The notes under the pieces: generated by a model | Seen by the model: only the letters and a program-made list of their open reading frames with translations | Told to the model about the DNA's origin: nothing | Database searches by the model: none | Program-made: the position numbers and the translations under genes | Shown: positions 1 to 11,223 of the stretch, piece by piece | Numbering within the stretch: position 1 is the stretch's first letter | Layout: every line of letters starts with the position of its first letter | Source of the DNA: Pachysolen tannophilus NRRL Y-2460 | Lineage: Eukaryota | DNA length: 64,000 bases | Reading direction: 5' to 3' | NCBI GenBank assembly: GCA_001661245.1 | Contig: KV454011.1 | Coordinates: 1,776,041 to 1,840,040, forward strand

Positions 1-189
1 AATAATCACAAATACTTATAACAGTAAGAGGATGAAGCAAAATATCAGAATCTGAGGACATACAGCCAAAAAAAAAAACCCAAATCAATAATTACTATTA
101 ATATTATTATTAGTTTGTACCTGATTGTAAAGTAATTTATTCACTAATGAATTTGTAAATAAAAAGAGAGAAAAAAAAAAATTAACAAG

Positions 190-261
190 GGGGCGAGCTG
201 GGAATTGAACCCAGGGCCTCTCACACCCAAAGCGAGAATCATACCACTAGACCACACGCCC
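190..261 (-). tRNA. tRNA-Pro(UGG), intronless
   Basis: Reverse complement reads GGGCGTGTGGTCTAGTGGTATGATTCTCGCTTTGGGTGTGAGAGGCCCTGGGTTCAATTCCCAGCTCGCCCC (72 nt). It has A and B boxes and anticodon TGG, with a T-run terminator downstream on the - strand. Confidence 0.96.
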
Positions 262-618
262 TCGAGATAATAAAAGGTTCCTTCGCGAAACAAACGTAAG
301 ATGCCAGAAACCACCCAAATCAGCCTAAAAAATGGCAATGAAAAAAAAAAACACCCCCAATAAATCTCAATTAACACAATTCAACTAATACTATTGTATA
401 CAAGAACAGAAATAGATTTTTTGAAAAGAAGAGAAAAAAAAAATAGAAAACAAATTAAAGGTTTACAAAGATCTGCTTTTCGATTTTTTTAACATTCACA
501 ACATTGGGAAAAAGAGATTACCATTTCATTTCGTTCCGTTTACAAGTAGAAAAGAAGAAAGAACAAAAGGTCGTGGACCAAAATTTAAATTGGGGAAATT
601 AATTAGCTTGACGATGTT

Positions 619-627
619 GGTGGCAAT
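619..627 (+). promoter_or_regulatory. PACE-like (Rpn4) proteasome-gene element
   Basis: GGTGGCAAT is an 8/9 match to GGTGGCAAA and lies ~110 nt upstream of the RPT2 ATG. Confidence 0.6.
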
Positions 628-733
628 CAACAATAATAATATAATAAGTTTTTACACTTGTTATATAAGTAAAATATAACTATTATAATTTATTCTGAAA
701 TTATAGAAAGATAGTTGGAAGAAAAAAAAAAAA

Positions 734-2053
734 ATGGGTCAAGATGCATCAATGCCGGGCGGCAATAAAGATAGGAAGAAAGATGATAAGAAGAAAGAAA
801 AGCCAAAGTATGAGCCGCCAGTTCAATCCAAATTTGGTAGAAGAAAGATAAAAGGACCTGCCACAGCAGCTAAATTACCAAATGTATATCCTAATACTAG
901 ATGTAAATTGAAATATTTAAAAATGGAAAGAATTAAAGATCATTTGTTGTTGGAAGAGGAATATGTTACAAATCAAGAGAATTTTCAACCAACAGAGGCA
1001 AAACAAGCTGAGGAAAGAGAAAAAGTTGATGATATTAGAGGAACGCCAATGTCAATTGGTACTTTGGAAGAAATCATTGATGATGATCATGCTATTGTTT
1101 CTTCATCTTCAGGCCCAGAGTATTATGTTTCGATATTGTCATTTGTTGATAAGGGATTGTTGGAACCAGGTTGCTCAGTATTGTTGCACCATAAGACTGT
1201 TTCAATTGTTGGTGTTTTACAAGATGATACAGATCCAATGGTATCAGTTATGAAATTGGATAAATCTCCAACAGAATCATACTCTGATATTGGTGGTTTG
1301 GAATCACAAATCCAAGAAATTAAAGAAGCAGTCGAATTACCCTTGACACATCCAGAATTGTATGAAGAAATGGGAATTAAACCTCCTAAAGGTGTTATAT
1401 TATATGGTTCTCCAGGAACTGGTAAAACATTATTGGCTAAAGCTGTTGCAAACCAAACAAGTGCAACATTTTTAAGAATTGTTGGATCTGAATTAATTCA
1501 AAAATACCTTGGGGATGGTCCTAGATTATGTAGACAGATTTTTAAAGTTGCCGCTGAACATGCACCATCAATTGTGTTTATAGATGAAATTGATGCTATA
1601 GGTACAAAGCGTTATGAGTCAACTTCAGGTGGTGAAAGAGAAATCCAAAGAACTATGTTGGAATTATTAAACCAATTGGACGGTTTTGATGATAGAGGAG
1701 ATGTTAAAGTTATTATGGCCACAAATAAAATTGAAACTTTAGATCCTGCTTTAATTAGACCAGGACGTATAGATAGAAAAATTTTATTTGAAAATCCAGA
1801 TCCTACTTCCAAGAGAAAAATTTTGAATATTCATACAAGTAAGATGAATTTATCAGATGATGTCAATTTGGAAGAATTGATAAACGCAAAAGATGATTTA
1901 TCAGGTGCTGATATAAAAGCAATATGTACTGAAGCTGGGTTATTGGCATTAAGAGAAAGAAGAATGCAAGTAACAGCTGAAGATTTTTCATCTGCAAAAG
2001 AAAGAGTTCTTAAAAATAAAGTTGAAGAAAATTTGGAAGGTTTATATTTGTAA
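734..2053 (+). CDS. RPT2: 26S proteasome regulatory AAA-ATPase subunit 4
   Basis: MG N-terminus, Walker A GSPGTGKT, Walker B FIDEID, second-region-of-homology [11 protein letters not shown]-terminal HbYX tail EGLYL. Confidence 0.98.
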   Translation: MGQDASMPGGNKDRKKDDKKKEKPKYEPPVQSKFGRRKIKGPATAAKLPNVYPNTRCKLKYLKMERIKDHLLLEEEYVTNQENFQPTEAKQAEEREKVDDIRGTPMSIGTLEEIIDDDHAIVSSSSGPEYYVSILSFVDKGLLEPGCSVLLHHKTVSIVGVLQDDTDPMVSVMKLDKSPTESYSDIGGLESQIQEIKEAVELPLTHPELYEEMGIKPPKGVILYGSPGTGKTLLAKAVANQTSATFLRIVGSELIQKYLGDGPRLCRQIFKVAAEHAPSIVFIDEIDAIGTKRYESTSGGEREIQRTMLELLNQLDGFDDRGDVKVIMATNKIETLDPALIRPGRIDRKILFENPDPTSKRKILNIHTSKMNLSDDVNLEELINAKDDLSGADIKAICTEAGLLALRERRMQVTAEDFSSAKERVLKNKVEENLEGLYL

Positions 2054-2401
2054 ATTTTTAAAAAAAATTTCTATTTTTTTTTTTTTTTTCAATTCACATA
2101 GTATGTTCCACTTTGTTAGATGAAATTAAATATATAATAAATCCATCAATTATTTACTGCTTCATTTACTAGCTTATATAGCTAATCATATCTACACTCT
2201 TTTCATATGTAGTTTCATTAAAAAAAAAAAAAAAAAAGAAAAAAGAAAAAAGAAAAAAATAATTGAAATTAATGATAAAGAATAATAAAAGAAAGTACAT
2301 AAAACAAAGACAAAAAATCAAAAATCAAAAATTAAAAAAATAAAACTAATTAAACCTTCGCCAGTGACCCAATATTTCACAAAACCTTAAAACACTTATT
2401 A

Positions 2402-4651
2402 TTAACCTCCCATAACTCCAGGAGGTCTTGGACCTTCTCTTTGAATAACCAACTTCTTACTGAGTAGTCTCCTTAAATCGTCACTAATAGGATTTTCCTC
2501 ACTATTATCACTAGTACCACTATTTTTTTTGTTACTCAGTTCTCTATCAATGATATCCACCATTTTTCTAAATCTTAAAAATAATAATTCACTTCTAACT
2601 AATAAATCATCCAAGTCTATCATCATGGATAGGTCGTTAAAATATTTTAAGACTTGATCAAACTGATCCAAATGCTTCATAATGATCTTTTCATGTTTTG
2701 AAAGTAAACCCAAACAAATGCATAAATGAAACTGTGATGAATAATAATCTGTTAATAATACTTCCCATAACTTTAGAACATCATCATATTGAAATTCACG
2801 TTTAAACCAAACCAAGAGCATTCTAAAGAAAAAAAATAAATTATTTGAATCAGCTTTTTCTAAATGAATATATAATTCAGGGAGCATAAACTGAACCAAT
2901 TCATTTAGTGTGTTCATTTGCAGTCTCATACCTGATTGGTCTCTCAAAAAATTCCTTTCCATTCTAATCATAAATTTAGTAAAACACCAAAAACTTAAAG
3001 ATTCATCTCTTAGTATATAATAAATTGGAGCCAATAAATCTGTCATGCCTTGAACATATCCAAGATTCTGATTATATTCGTTGTATGTAATTAAAATATT
3101 TCTCAAAATTTTCAAGTGTGGATTTTTAATATTTGTAATATCAACATCCTCATCATCTTCATCATCAATTCCATCAGAATTTTTATTATTTTCATCTGGT
3201 TTTTCACCAGATTCTGTATTATATTTGAAAATTTTAATATTTCTATCGCACCTATTAATATCTTTATCAATTCTAAATTTTTGATCTTGCCAAAAAGCGT
3301 CTTCTTCTTGTAATTGAAAATTATCTTCCCATTGATTTTTAAACCTACTATAGACAATGAAAAGATTTTTCCTAATAGTGGTTCTATCTAAGCGTGATGA
3401 ATCCCAAGGGTATACTTCAAACAAAAATAACCAAACTTCTGGTCTAATTTCTTCATCAACTCCACCATGGAAAATTCTTTCTTTAATTTCATTAACAGTA
3501 ATGAAAAATCGACCTGTATGATCAAAAAAAGATTCCCATTCAACTTTTGAAATTGGCTTTATTCTACGTGTCCTACTAACTTCTTCAGGACTCAATGCAT
3601 TTTTAAAATCTTCCGTACCAAGTTCATTTTTAAGCATATTAGTATAATAATCATCCAAGATGACTTTCTTTCTAGATCTTTCAGCTTCTTCTTGAACCCC
3701 CATTGCCCATTTTGCCAAATAAATCTTGGAACTATCAAAATCATCTACAATTTGTCTAACTTCAGGTTTTAATAACATCAGTTTTATAGGTTCTGGTGCT
3801 TCGTCAACAGCATCTTTCACTGAATCTCTTGTTTTATTTGTTACATTTGCCAAAGTCTCCAATATTTTCCATTTAGCATTGTTTAAAAAAGTATTAAAAT
3901 TAAATTTTTCTTTCTTGGAAGATTGAACTGGTGGAACAAAATTAATCATATCTTCACTTGTTGGATTAACCAAGAATACTGTATTTTCTAAAGATGATTT
4001 TTCCAAGACACAATATTTTTTCAAAATTTTTAAAAATTGGTCTCCACCCCAAAACAATTCATTAGTACCGTTTTCAGAGCTAAAGATATTAAAATCTTTA
4101 TTTCTTAATTCTTGTTCTTTTATAGTACTTGGAGATTCATCATCATGGAAAAACACAATTGGAATTTTTTCCATAGATTTTGAGTTAAATATAATGGACC
4201 CCCACCACCAACCAACTGATGGAGCTCTCACTTGAACCGAATATATATTTGAGATTGTAATACCAAAAGAGTAAGAAGTAATTGATGAAACCAATGGCTT
4301 ATTAATATAAACAACATTTTTTTTTGAATTGCTACTGTTGTTGCCACTATTATCAGTACCATCGTGTTCCGAGATTGTTGTATCAATCTGCATATCAACT
4401 TTTTCATAAATCAGTCTTTCTTCATCTGAAAGCAAATTTTCTGGAACAAATGAAATGACAATGTCGATATTGGATGTATTTGAAGGTTGTCTAGTTAAAG
4501 TTAAAAAACCTGGGATATTATCTTTAGAAGATGAGGTTGGATGTAAGTAACATTTTGATTTACAATATAGTAACTCTACCCTCATTCCATCTATTGAATA
4601 ACTTCTTCTTCTCGAAGAAGAAGAAGGAGTAACCTGATCACTTTCTTCCAT
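2402..4651 (-). CDS. GYP7: Rab GTPase-activating protein (TBC domain)
   Basis: N-terminal LLYCKSKCYLHPTSSSKDNIPGFL; TBC motifs IDKDINRCDR, GYVQGMTDL, FFFRMLLVWFKREF. Start moved to ATG 4651 because the upstream ORF part is a (TA)n microsatellite. Confidence 0.93.
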   Translation of the reverse strand: MEESDQVTPSSSSRRRSYSIDGMRVELLYCKSKCYLHPTSSSKDNIPGFLTLTRQPSNTSNIDIVISFVPENLLSDEERLIYEKVDMQIDTTISEHDGTDNSGNNSSNSKKNVVYINKPLVSSITSYSFGITISNIYSVQVRAPSVGWWWGSIIFNSKSMEKIPIVFFHDDESPSTIKEQELRNKDFNIFSSENGTNELFWGGDQFLKILKKYCVLEKSSLENTVFLVNPTSEDMINFVPPVQSSKKEKFNFNTFLNNAKWKILETLANVTNKTRDSVKDAVDEAPEPIKLMLLKPEVRQIVDDFDSSKIYLAKWAMGVQEEAERSRKKVILDDYYTNMLKNELGTEDFKNALSPEEVSRTRRIKPISKVEWESFFDHTGRFFITVNEIKERIFHGGVDEEIRPEVWLFLFEVYPWDSSRLDRTTIRKNLFIVYSRFKNQWEDNFQLQEEDAFWQDQKFRIDKDINRCDRNIKIFKYNTESGEKPDENNKNSDGIDDEDDEDVDITNIKNPHLKILRNILITYNEYNQNLGYVQGMTDLLAPIYYILRDESLSFWCFTKFMIRMERNFLRDQSGMRLQMNTLNELVQFMLPELYIHLEKADSNNLFFFFRMLLVWFKREFQYDDVLKLWEVLLTDYYSSQFHLCICLGLLSKHEKIIMKHLDQFDQVLKYFNDLSMMIDLDDLLVRSELLFLRFRKMVDIIDRELSNKKNSGTSDNSEENPISDDLRRLLSKKLVIQREGPRPPGVMGG

Positions 4652-4674
4652 TTTGATTCCTTGATCTTTAAATT

Positions 4675-4709
<35 letters not shown>

Positions 4710-4826
4710 TCGATGGATTTAATTAAAATTGTACGCCTACATATAAAATATGTACTAATTAAAATCATTTTTTATTTTTTTATTTTATTTATTTTTTATT
4801 ACTATAAAATTAAATGATCTATTTTT

Positions 4827-6080
4827 TTACAAGACATCGGGTACAATCAATTGGAACTTATCCTTTGTGGATCTCCAAGAGATCAATGCTTTATGTTGTA
4901 AAACTGGTCTTCTGGGTTTATCTAAAATACTTGGTTTATCTTCATCATTTAAAGATTTAATATCTCTAACTTTATTTGCTCTTCTTTTCAACAATCTATT
5001 TAAAGTATCTTGTTTTTCTTCTTCTAATCTTCTTTCACTAAGATTTTTTCTTTTTCTTGCAGTTTCTGCTCTACGTAATTGTAATTCTTCTTCCGTATAA
5101 ACTTTTTTCTTTGTTGGTTCATTAGATAATTCCAAAAACCCATTTGAATCTGAATCAACTGAATATTTTGAATTTTTAACATCTAAATTTTTATTTTCTT
5201 CAAGAAATTTTGCTCTTTGTCTTTCAGTCATCTTTGAAATGTCCTGTTTTGGGCCTGACAATTCCCATTCTTCTTCATCGGTAAGCAAGAGATCTTGATC
5301 AATATCCAGCTGCCCTTCTTCTTCTTCTTCCTCTTCCTCATCTTCTTCTTCATCATTAAGTTCATTAGATTGTTCACGTTTCGCACCACCGGATTTCTTG
5401 TTTGTAACATTTCTAGAAGATGTCACCGCAGAACTCGAAGATTCACTTTCAATATTCCTTAATATCTTTTTAGGAGCATTGAGTTTAAGACTAATTTTAC
5501 CCTTTTTAGGTTCTTCCTCTTCTTCGTCTTCTTCTTCCTCATCATCATCATCTTGGTAATCTTTTTGGTGATTTCGCAACTTTGGAGCTTGTTTGACCTT
5601 CCTACCGCGCTCAACTTTCGGGTACTCCTTCTCCTCAGATAATTCATCTTCCTCATACGCCTTTGGCTCAAGATCAAAATCATCATCATCATCGTCTCCA
5701 TCATTTTGAGGCATTTGTAAATCATCATCTGGATTCACCTCTTCTTCGGAATTATACTCATCCTCTTCTTCTTCTTCTACTTCTTCTTCTTCCTCATCAT
5801 CCTCATCCTCATCTTCTTCTTCACCGTCATCCTCTTGCTGATTTTCCAATTCACTCAATTCATCACTCAACATTTCATCATCTTCCTCTCCATTATTCTT
5901 TTCTGTAAAATCCAAACCAAAAAAAAAGAAATATAATTTCAAGTAAAAACCAGTTAGTAAGAAAAATAAAAAAATTTGTATAGTAGTAATAAATAATTTA
6001 TACTAACCCGTTTCAGATAACTCTTCTTCATTCGATAAAATCTCTGATAAATCAGAATCACCACCTTCAGATTCAGACAT
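4827..6080 (-). CDS. IES2: INO80 complex subunit (PAPA-1 domain); two exons 6080-6008 and 5902-4827
   Basis: Acidic N-terminus, KMTERQRA, and LRRAETARKRKNLSERRLEEEKQDTLNRLLKRRA. The exon join G|AA keeps the frame. Confidence 0.9.
5903..6007 (-). other. Spliceosomal intron of IES2 (105 nt)
   Basis: 5' GTTAGT, branch TACTAAC (~5953-5959), T-rich tract, 3' TACAG; phase-1 join is in frame. Confidence 0.88.
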
Positions 6081-6484
6081 AATTTTCCGAATCCAAATCC
6101 AATTAAACAATTAAATATACCTTATATATATATATTCTTCTTTTCTTCCCTTGTTACATCACTTTGTTTTTCTTATATTTTTTCCCCCTATTAAATAAAT
6201 AAAACACTGTAAAACAGCTAGTCGTGCACAAAAATTACAAAAAAAACATTTCTGTCGTTTTTCAAAACCATCAAATTTTTTGTGTCAACAATAAAAGGTG
6301 TGGCCAGCAAAAATGGTTTTAAGAGCATTTTAATAAAATATAAACAAAAAATTAATATTATTTTAAAAGTTAACGGTTCTCTTAGTATTGACACGGATAA
6401 TTCAATCGATCAGTCAATAGTAAGTAAATAGTATTTTGATATTAGTATCATTTTTAAAGGAAAAAAAAACTATTTAAGGATAAG

Positions 6485-8346
6485 ATGTCATCGTCGTTAG
6501 AGGAGGATAAGAGTCTTGGTAGTCATTATGATATTTCGTTGGTGAGTGCGGAAATTGCAGAGATTCAACATCAACAAGAACAACAAGAAGCTGCTGCTGC
6601 TCAAGAAGCTCAAGAAGCTCAAGAAGCTGCTCAAGAAGCAGCAGAAGCCGCAGAAGCAGCAGAAGCAGATGCTGCCGCATCTGCTTCTTCTATTGCTAAC
6701 AAGAACACTAATAGTGGTGGAGTGCATGAGCGTTCAGATGATGGTGATACTGGTGGCAGTGGTGGTAGTGGTTTAGTTTCAAAACAAATGAGGAAAAAAA
6801 ACAACCATTAGTAGATAGTGATGGAATTAAAAAATGTTCAAGGTGCCGTGTTAAGAGAACAAATGAAAGTGAAGAATTATTGAGTAAATATGCTACTTGT
6901 ACAAATTGCAGAGAAAAAAGAAGAATAGATAATAAAAAACATGGAAATTTGAATAGTTATCTGTTACCTTCACCTGAAGCTACTGCAAATGCCATTAATG
7001 CTGCTATTAATGCAAGTAAAAATAATAATAATAATAATAACAATAATGATACAAGTGATGTGGATCCAAATATTATGGGTCATGGCGGCCATAATTCTTC
7101 TACGGTTCCAGTGGAAGGTTCAAGCTCTAATCTTGGTCCTGGTGCACCTCCAACTATAAGTGCAACTCAAACATCAACTTCAACTGTAAATGCAACCGCA
7201 ACTGCAACTGCAAATGCAACCGCAGGTTCTGGTTCTGGTACAGTTGGTGATGAAGATTATGATTTAAACAAGAAAAGAGGAAGAAAACCAAAATTGGATC
7301 CTCATCATCATACTCATATGGTTTCCTCGTTAGGTATGTCTGATGAAAATGGAGTTGCAATAGCAGCAGCAACAGCTGCATCTTATAAGAGAAGAAAATT
7401 AAAAGATATAGAACATTTACCAAACTTGTTTACAAATTATGACGATTTCCTTGAAAGAATTAGATATAATACTGAAAATGATATTTATGATCATCATTTT
7501 AGAGGTTTATCAGATCCAAATATTTTTCCCAGGTATAAATTAGAAGATGTTAATGCTGATGTTTTCCATGTAACTTCAAGAAAGATAATACAATCTTATA
7601 TACAACCAATGATGGATCTTACTGGTTATAGATTTCCTGTTAGAGATTATCATAAAGGTGGTACAAAATCAAAAAAAATTACTTTTATGTTTATTTGTTC
7701 TCAAGATAAATCAAAACAAAGAAAATCAAGATCTAATGATCAAAGAAAAATTACAAATCGTTTAAAAACTGTTGATTGTGATTCTAAAATTACATTGAAT
7801 TATGATCTTGTTACTGGTGATTTGAAAATAAATTTTCAACATAGATCTCATACACCATATATTTGGAAAATGAATAGTACGGCTCTTCATCAAAATGATG
7901 CAGATGATGGTTCATTACCTCTAGGATCTACATCTTCAGTACATCACCACCAGCATCATCTCCAGCATCAACACCAAGGAGGACCAAGAGGTACAGCATC
8001 GTCTTCTGCTGTTACAGCTGCTGCTAATGCTGCCTTGGCTCATATAGATCTTTCTGCTATAAATTATCTTCATGAACATCAAATAGAACAACAAGTTCAA
8101 GATGCAGCTAATCACTTCTTACAACAGGCTGCAGAAGCAGAAAAGGAACAACAACAACGTGAAGGAAGGCATGAAGTTGGAGATGAGGATAATGCTCATG
8201 ATGACAATATCAACAGTTCTAGAGGTGGTGATAGAAGTAGTGGCAACAACAACGACGACAACAACAACAACAATAATAATAATAATAATGAACAAGATGA
8301 GGATGACGTTCAGCAAAATATTGATGAACAATTGTTAAATATGTGA
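6485..8346 (+). CDS. Putative zinc-binding transcription factor, split by a -1 frameshift near 6770-6802
   Basis: The ATG ORF 6485-6811 overlaps a second frame open from 6769. That frame encodes CSRC-x16-CTNC, an AT-hook-like KRGRKPK, a C..C..HxxH region (FICSQDK..VDCDSKITL..HRSH) resembling WRKY/GCM1-type domains, and N/Q/H/A low-complexity tracts. Confidence 0.65.
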
Positions 8347-8649
8347 AATAGTAAAGGTATAATGGATCCGTTATATTTGTTTGAATTGTTTTTTCTTTTT
8401 GGTTTTTCTTTTTTTTTTCTTTGTATTGAGTTTTTTCCTTTTTTTTTTATTATTATCATTATTATTTTGTATTGTTTCTAATATACGTTTATAATTGAAT
8501 ATTAAATACTACGATTATGTTTTAAATATCCAGAGAACTAGAATTGAAAAATAATAAATAATTGTGTAATAACTAAAGTGAAAAAAATAAAATAGGCCAA
8601 ATAAAAAAAAAGAGAGAAACTACTATATAGAAAAGATATACAGATTTAA

Positions 8650-10272
8650 TTATTCTTCTTTAAACGTTTGATCAATGTTGTTTAAAGCAGCATCCAAAAC
8701 TTCATCATTATCTTCACTACTCTTCATTATAAAAGTTCTTCTACCTCTAACTAGCCAATAAGCAACGGACCATGTAATCCATACGGCAAGAACGACAGAA
8801 GCGTAATTCATGTTACCAGCAGTTACAGGCATATCCATTGGGAAGCAAAAGAAACATAAGGCAAATATTGTCCACAGTAATACAACTATATTTGACACTA
8901 ATCCAATTTTACCTAACCAGAAAGGTCCATGTCTAATATTATTTCTACCTTTGTATAATAAGCAAGCTACTGGGATAGAATATGATAATAATAATAATGT
9001 AATACATGCTGTGACCATTGCATTATAGGCTGTGGTTGAACCCAAATAAATACATCCAATAACAACAACCCAGAGACAACTCATTAAATGAGCATAGAAT
9101 GGGACTCCTGTTCTCTTATCAATCTGAGAAAAGTAATGAGATCCCCATAAACCTCTATCTCTAGCAAAAGACCAACATAATCTTGCTTGCCAAGTATGAG
9201 AAGCAATATTACAACCAATAGCTGTTAAGAAGACTAATATACCAAGGAACACAGCACCACCTTTATTTTGTAAAGCTTGGTTATAAATATCGAATATAGG
9301 GACACCAGTGTTTGAATCTAAAATATCTTCCAAATTTCTTATTGAAAAAAACATTGCAATTGCATAACAAAAACTTGTTACGAATCCAATAGCTACAGTA
9401 CCCATTATCAGTTTTGGAATAATAATTTCTGGAGAAGCACATTCTTCAGCCATGTGAGTCAGTGAGTCAAGACAAGAAAATGACCAAGCAGGATTGATAA
9501 GACCAACAATGAAAGCAATACCAGAAGATGACCAACCTGTTGCATTATCAAACTCTGAAAATACAAAACTTGCAGATTGATAATTTCCTCTTGAACAAAT
9601 CACCACTGTAATTGTTATCACAATGAATGAAAGTAATGATGTATATAATGCCAAAGATCCCACAACAGGAAGCCATTTATCATAACAATTGAATAAGAAT
9701 ACAAAAATATTTATCAACTGATAAGCAACAAAAACATGCCAAGTCTTTACTGTAAAATCAGGATGAGTTAAAGCATAAAATCCTACAGCTTCTTGAGCAA
9801 TACCAACAGTGACAGATGCACTAGTAAATACAGATCCAGCCCAGGCAAAACCTCCACAGGTATAACTAAGAAAAGGAGCTAATTTCTTTGGGGCCAATAT
9901 TTTGGTCCATACATATTGTCCACCAGCAGATGGATATGCACTAGTTAATTCTGAAAGAGTTATACCAATACAAGTGGAAATACAAGCAACAATAATAATA
10001 CCATAGACAATCAACATTGGTCCACCAGAAGAGATACCAGTGACCAAAGAAGCCGATATACCAAACCATGAATTTGTTAAACCAAAACCAATCCCCAATA
10101 CTGCCCATATAGAAAAATTTCTTTTCAACTCTTGTTGATAACCCATAGCTTCTAATTTCGCAGCATCTCTATCCACCACTTCACCATGAGGATTCCCTTC
10201 GACATTCGAACTGAAAGAAGACAGATCATTCTGCTGGATCACCTGAGTCGCAAATATTTTTTCTTCACTCAT
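8650..10272 (-). CDS. HNM1: Choline/ethanolamine permease (APC family)
   Basis: ELKRNFSIWAVLGIGFGLTNSWFGISASL, ELTSAYPSAGGQY, WQARLCWSFARD, ~12 hydrophobic segments, and an ICRE upstream. Confidence 0.85.
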   Translation of the reverse strand: MSEEKIFATQVIQQNDLSSFSSNVEGNPHGEVVDRDAAKLEAMGYQQELKRNFSIWAVLGIGFGLTNSWFGISASLVTGISSGGPMLIVYGIIIVACISTCIGITLSELTSAYPSAGGQYVWTKILAPKKLAPFLSYTCGGFAWAGSVFTSASVTVGIAQEAVGFYALTHPDFTVKTWHVFVAYQLINIFVFLFNCYDKWLPVVGSLALYTSLLSFIVITITVVICSRGNYQSASFVFSEFDNATGWSSSGIAFIVGLINPAWSFSCLDSLTHMAEECASPEIIIPKLIMGTVAIGFVTSFCYAIAMFFSIRNLEDILDSNTGVPIFDIYNQALQNKGGAVFLGILVFLTAIGCNIASHTWQARLCWSFARDRGLWGSHYFSQIDKRTGVPFYAHLMSCLWVVVIGCIYLGSTTAYNAMVTACITLLLLSYSIPVACLLYKGRNNIRHGPFWLGKIGLVSNIVVLLWTIFALCFFCFPMDMPVTAGNMNYASVVLAVWITWSVAYWLVRGRRTFIMKSSEDNDEVLDAALNNIDQTFKEE

Positions 10273-10654
10273 ACCGTAAACCTTATTTAACCTTAATACA
10301 TAAATAAAACGAAAAAAACGTTAAAAAAAAAAAAACAAAAATAAAAGAAAACGTTAAAAAGAAATCACTTTATCTTTATATATAATAAAAAGAGTGAAAA
10401 AAAAAAAAAAAAAAGATGCTAAAATGATTCTTGAAAAAAAAATATGAAAAGAATTTAAAATATCTATTTATCTATCTCTCTATCTATCTATCTATCTATA
10501 ATTTTGATTTATCTATTTGTCTATCAATTTTTCGTCCATTTATTGCTTATATTATCTTATTTAGTACACTTTAACTAATAAAATGGGTCAAAAAAAGAAA
10601 TGGTTGGAAAATTTTTTACGGTATTAAAAACGTATTTTTTTGCCCTTTTTTTGA

Positions 10655-10664
10655 CATGTGAAAT
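10655..10664 (+). promoter_or_regulatory. ICRE/UAS-INO (Ino2-Ino4 site)
   Basis: Exact CATGTGAAAT ~380 nt upstream of the choline permease ATG; GATAAG motifs nearby (~10700, ~10750). Confidence 0.7.
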
Positions 10665-11223
10665 TTTTTTATCTTAAAGCGGAAATGTTGTTACGTCGAG
10701 ATAAGAGAGTGTTTTTTACCCGAAAACAATTAAAGTAAGAGAGGTTAAAGATAAGTGTTGATAATAGAGACTTATAGAGAGGCTATAGCCCCTGAATTGG
10801 AGAGGGGTTTTTTTCTTCGTTATTTCGGTGCTTTGGTCACACTACTGTTTATGTCCGCATCACATCACTTTTAAACTACTGTTGGACATATTTAACGTTT
10901 TCGGATGTTTTGAGTGTGAATGCACTATACTTATAATTACACGACTTTCTGTTTTTTTTTGTTTTTTTGTTTTTTTGCAAATTCTTTGTTTACATTGTTT
11001 AACGATGTAAACAAACACAAACAGAAACACAAAGACAAAAGACAAAAGACAAAAGAGAAAACAGAAAAGATAAAAGAATCAGTTATACTGTTGTTCTTGT
11101 ACAATCTATATATATATATATATATATACTTATATTTATATATAAGCGGTTGATTAAATTTCCCACTGCTTTGATTTACTTACTGATTGCTTTTTCCCTT
11201 GTGCTGGTTTATGGCTATTTACA

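Noticed and set aside
144..377. 77-aa minus-strand ORF
   Set aside because: It reads through the tRNA-Pro gene and homopolymer tracts and is not coding.
6542..6768. Possible intron GTGAGT..GCTAAC..TAG that would also join the two frames of the TF gene
   Set aside because: It would remove clearly codon-structured QEAQEA repeats and skip nearer AGs, so it is less plausible than a frameshift. It is not formally excluded.
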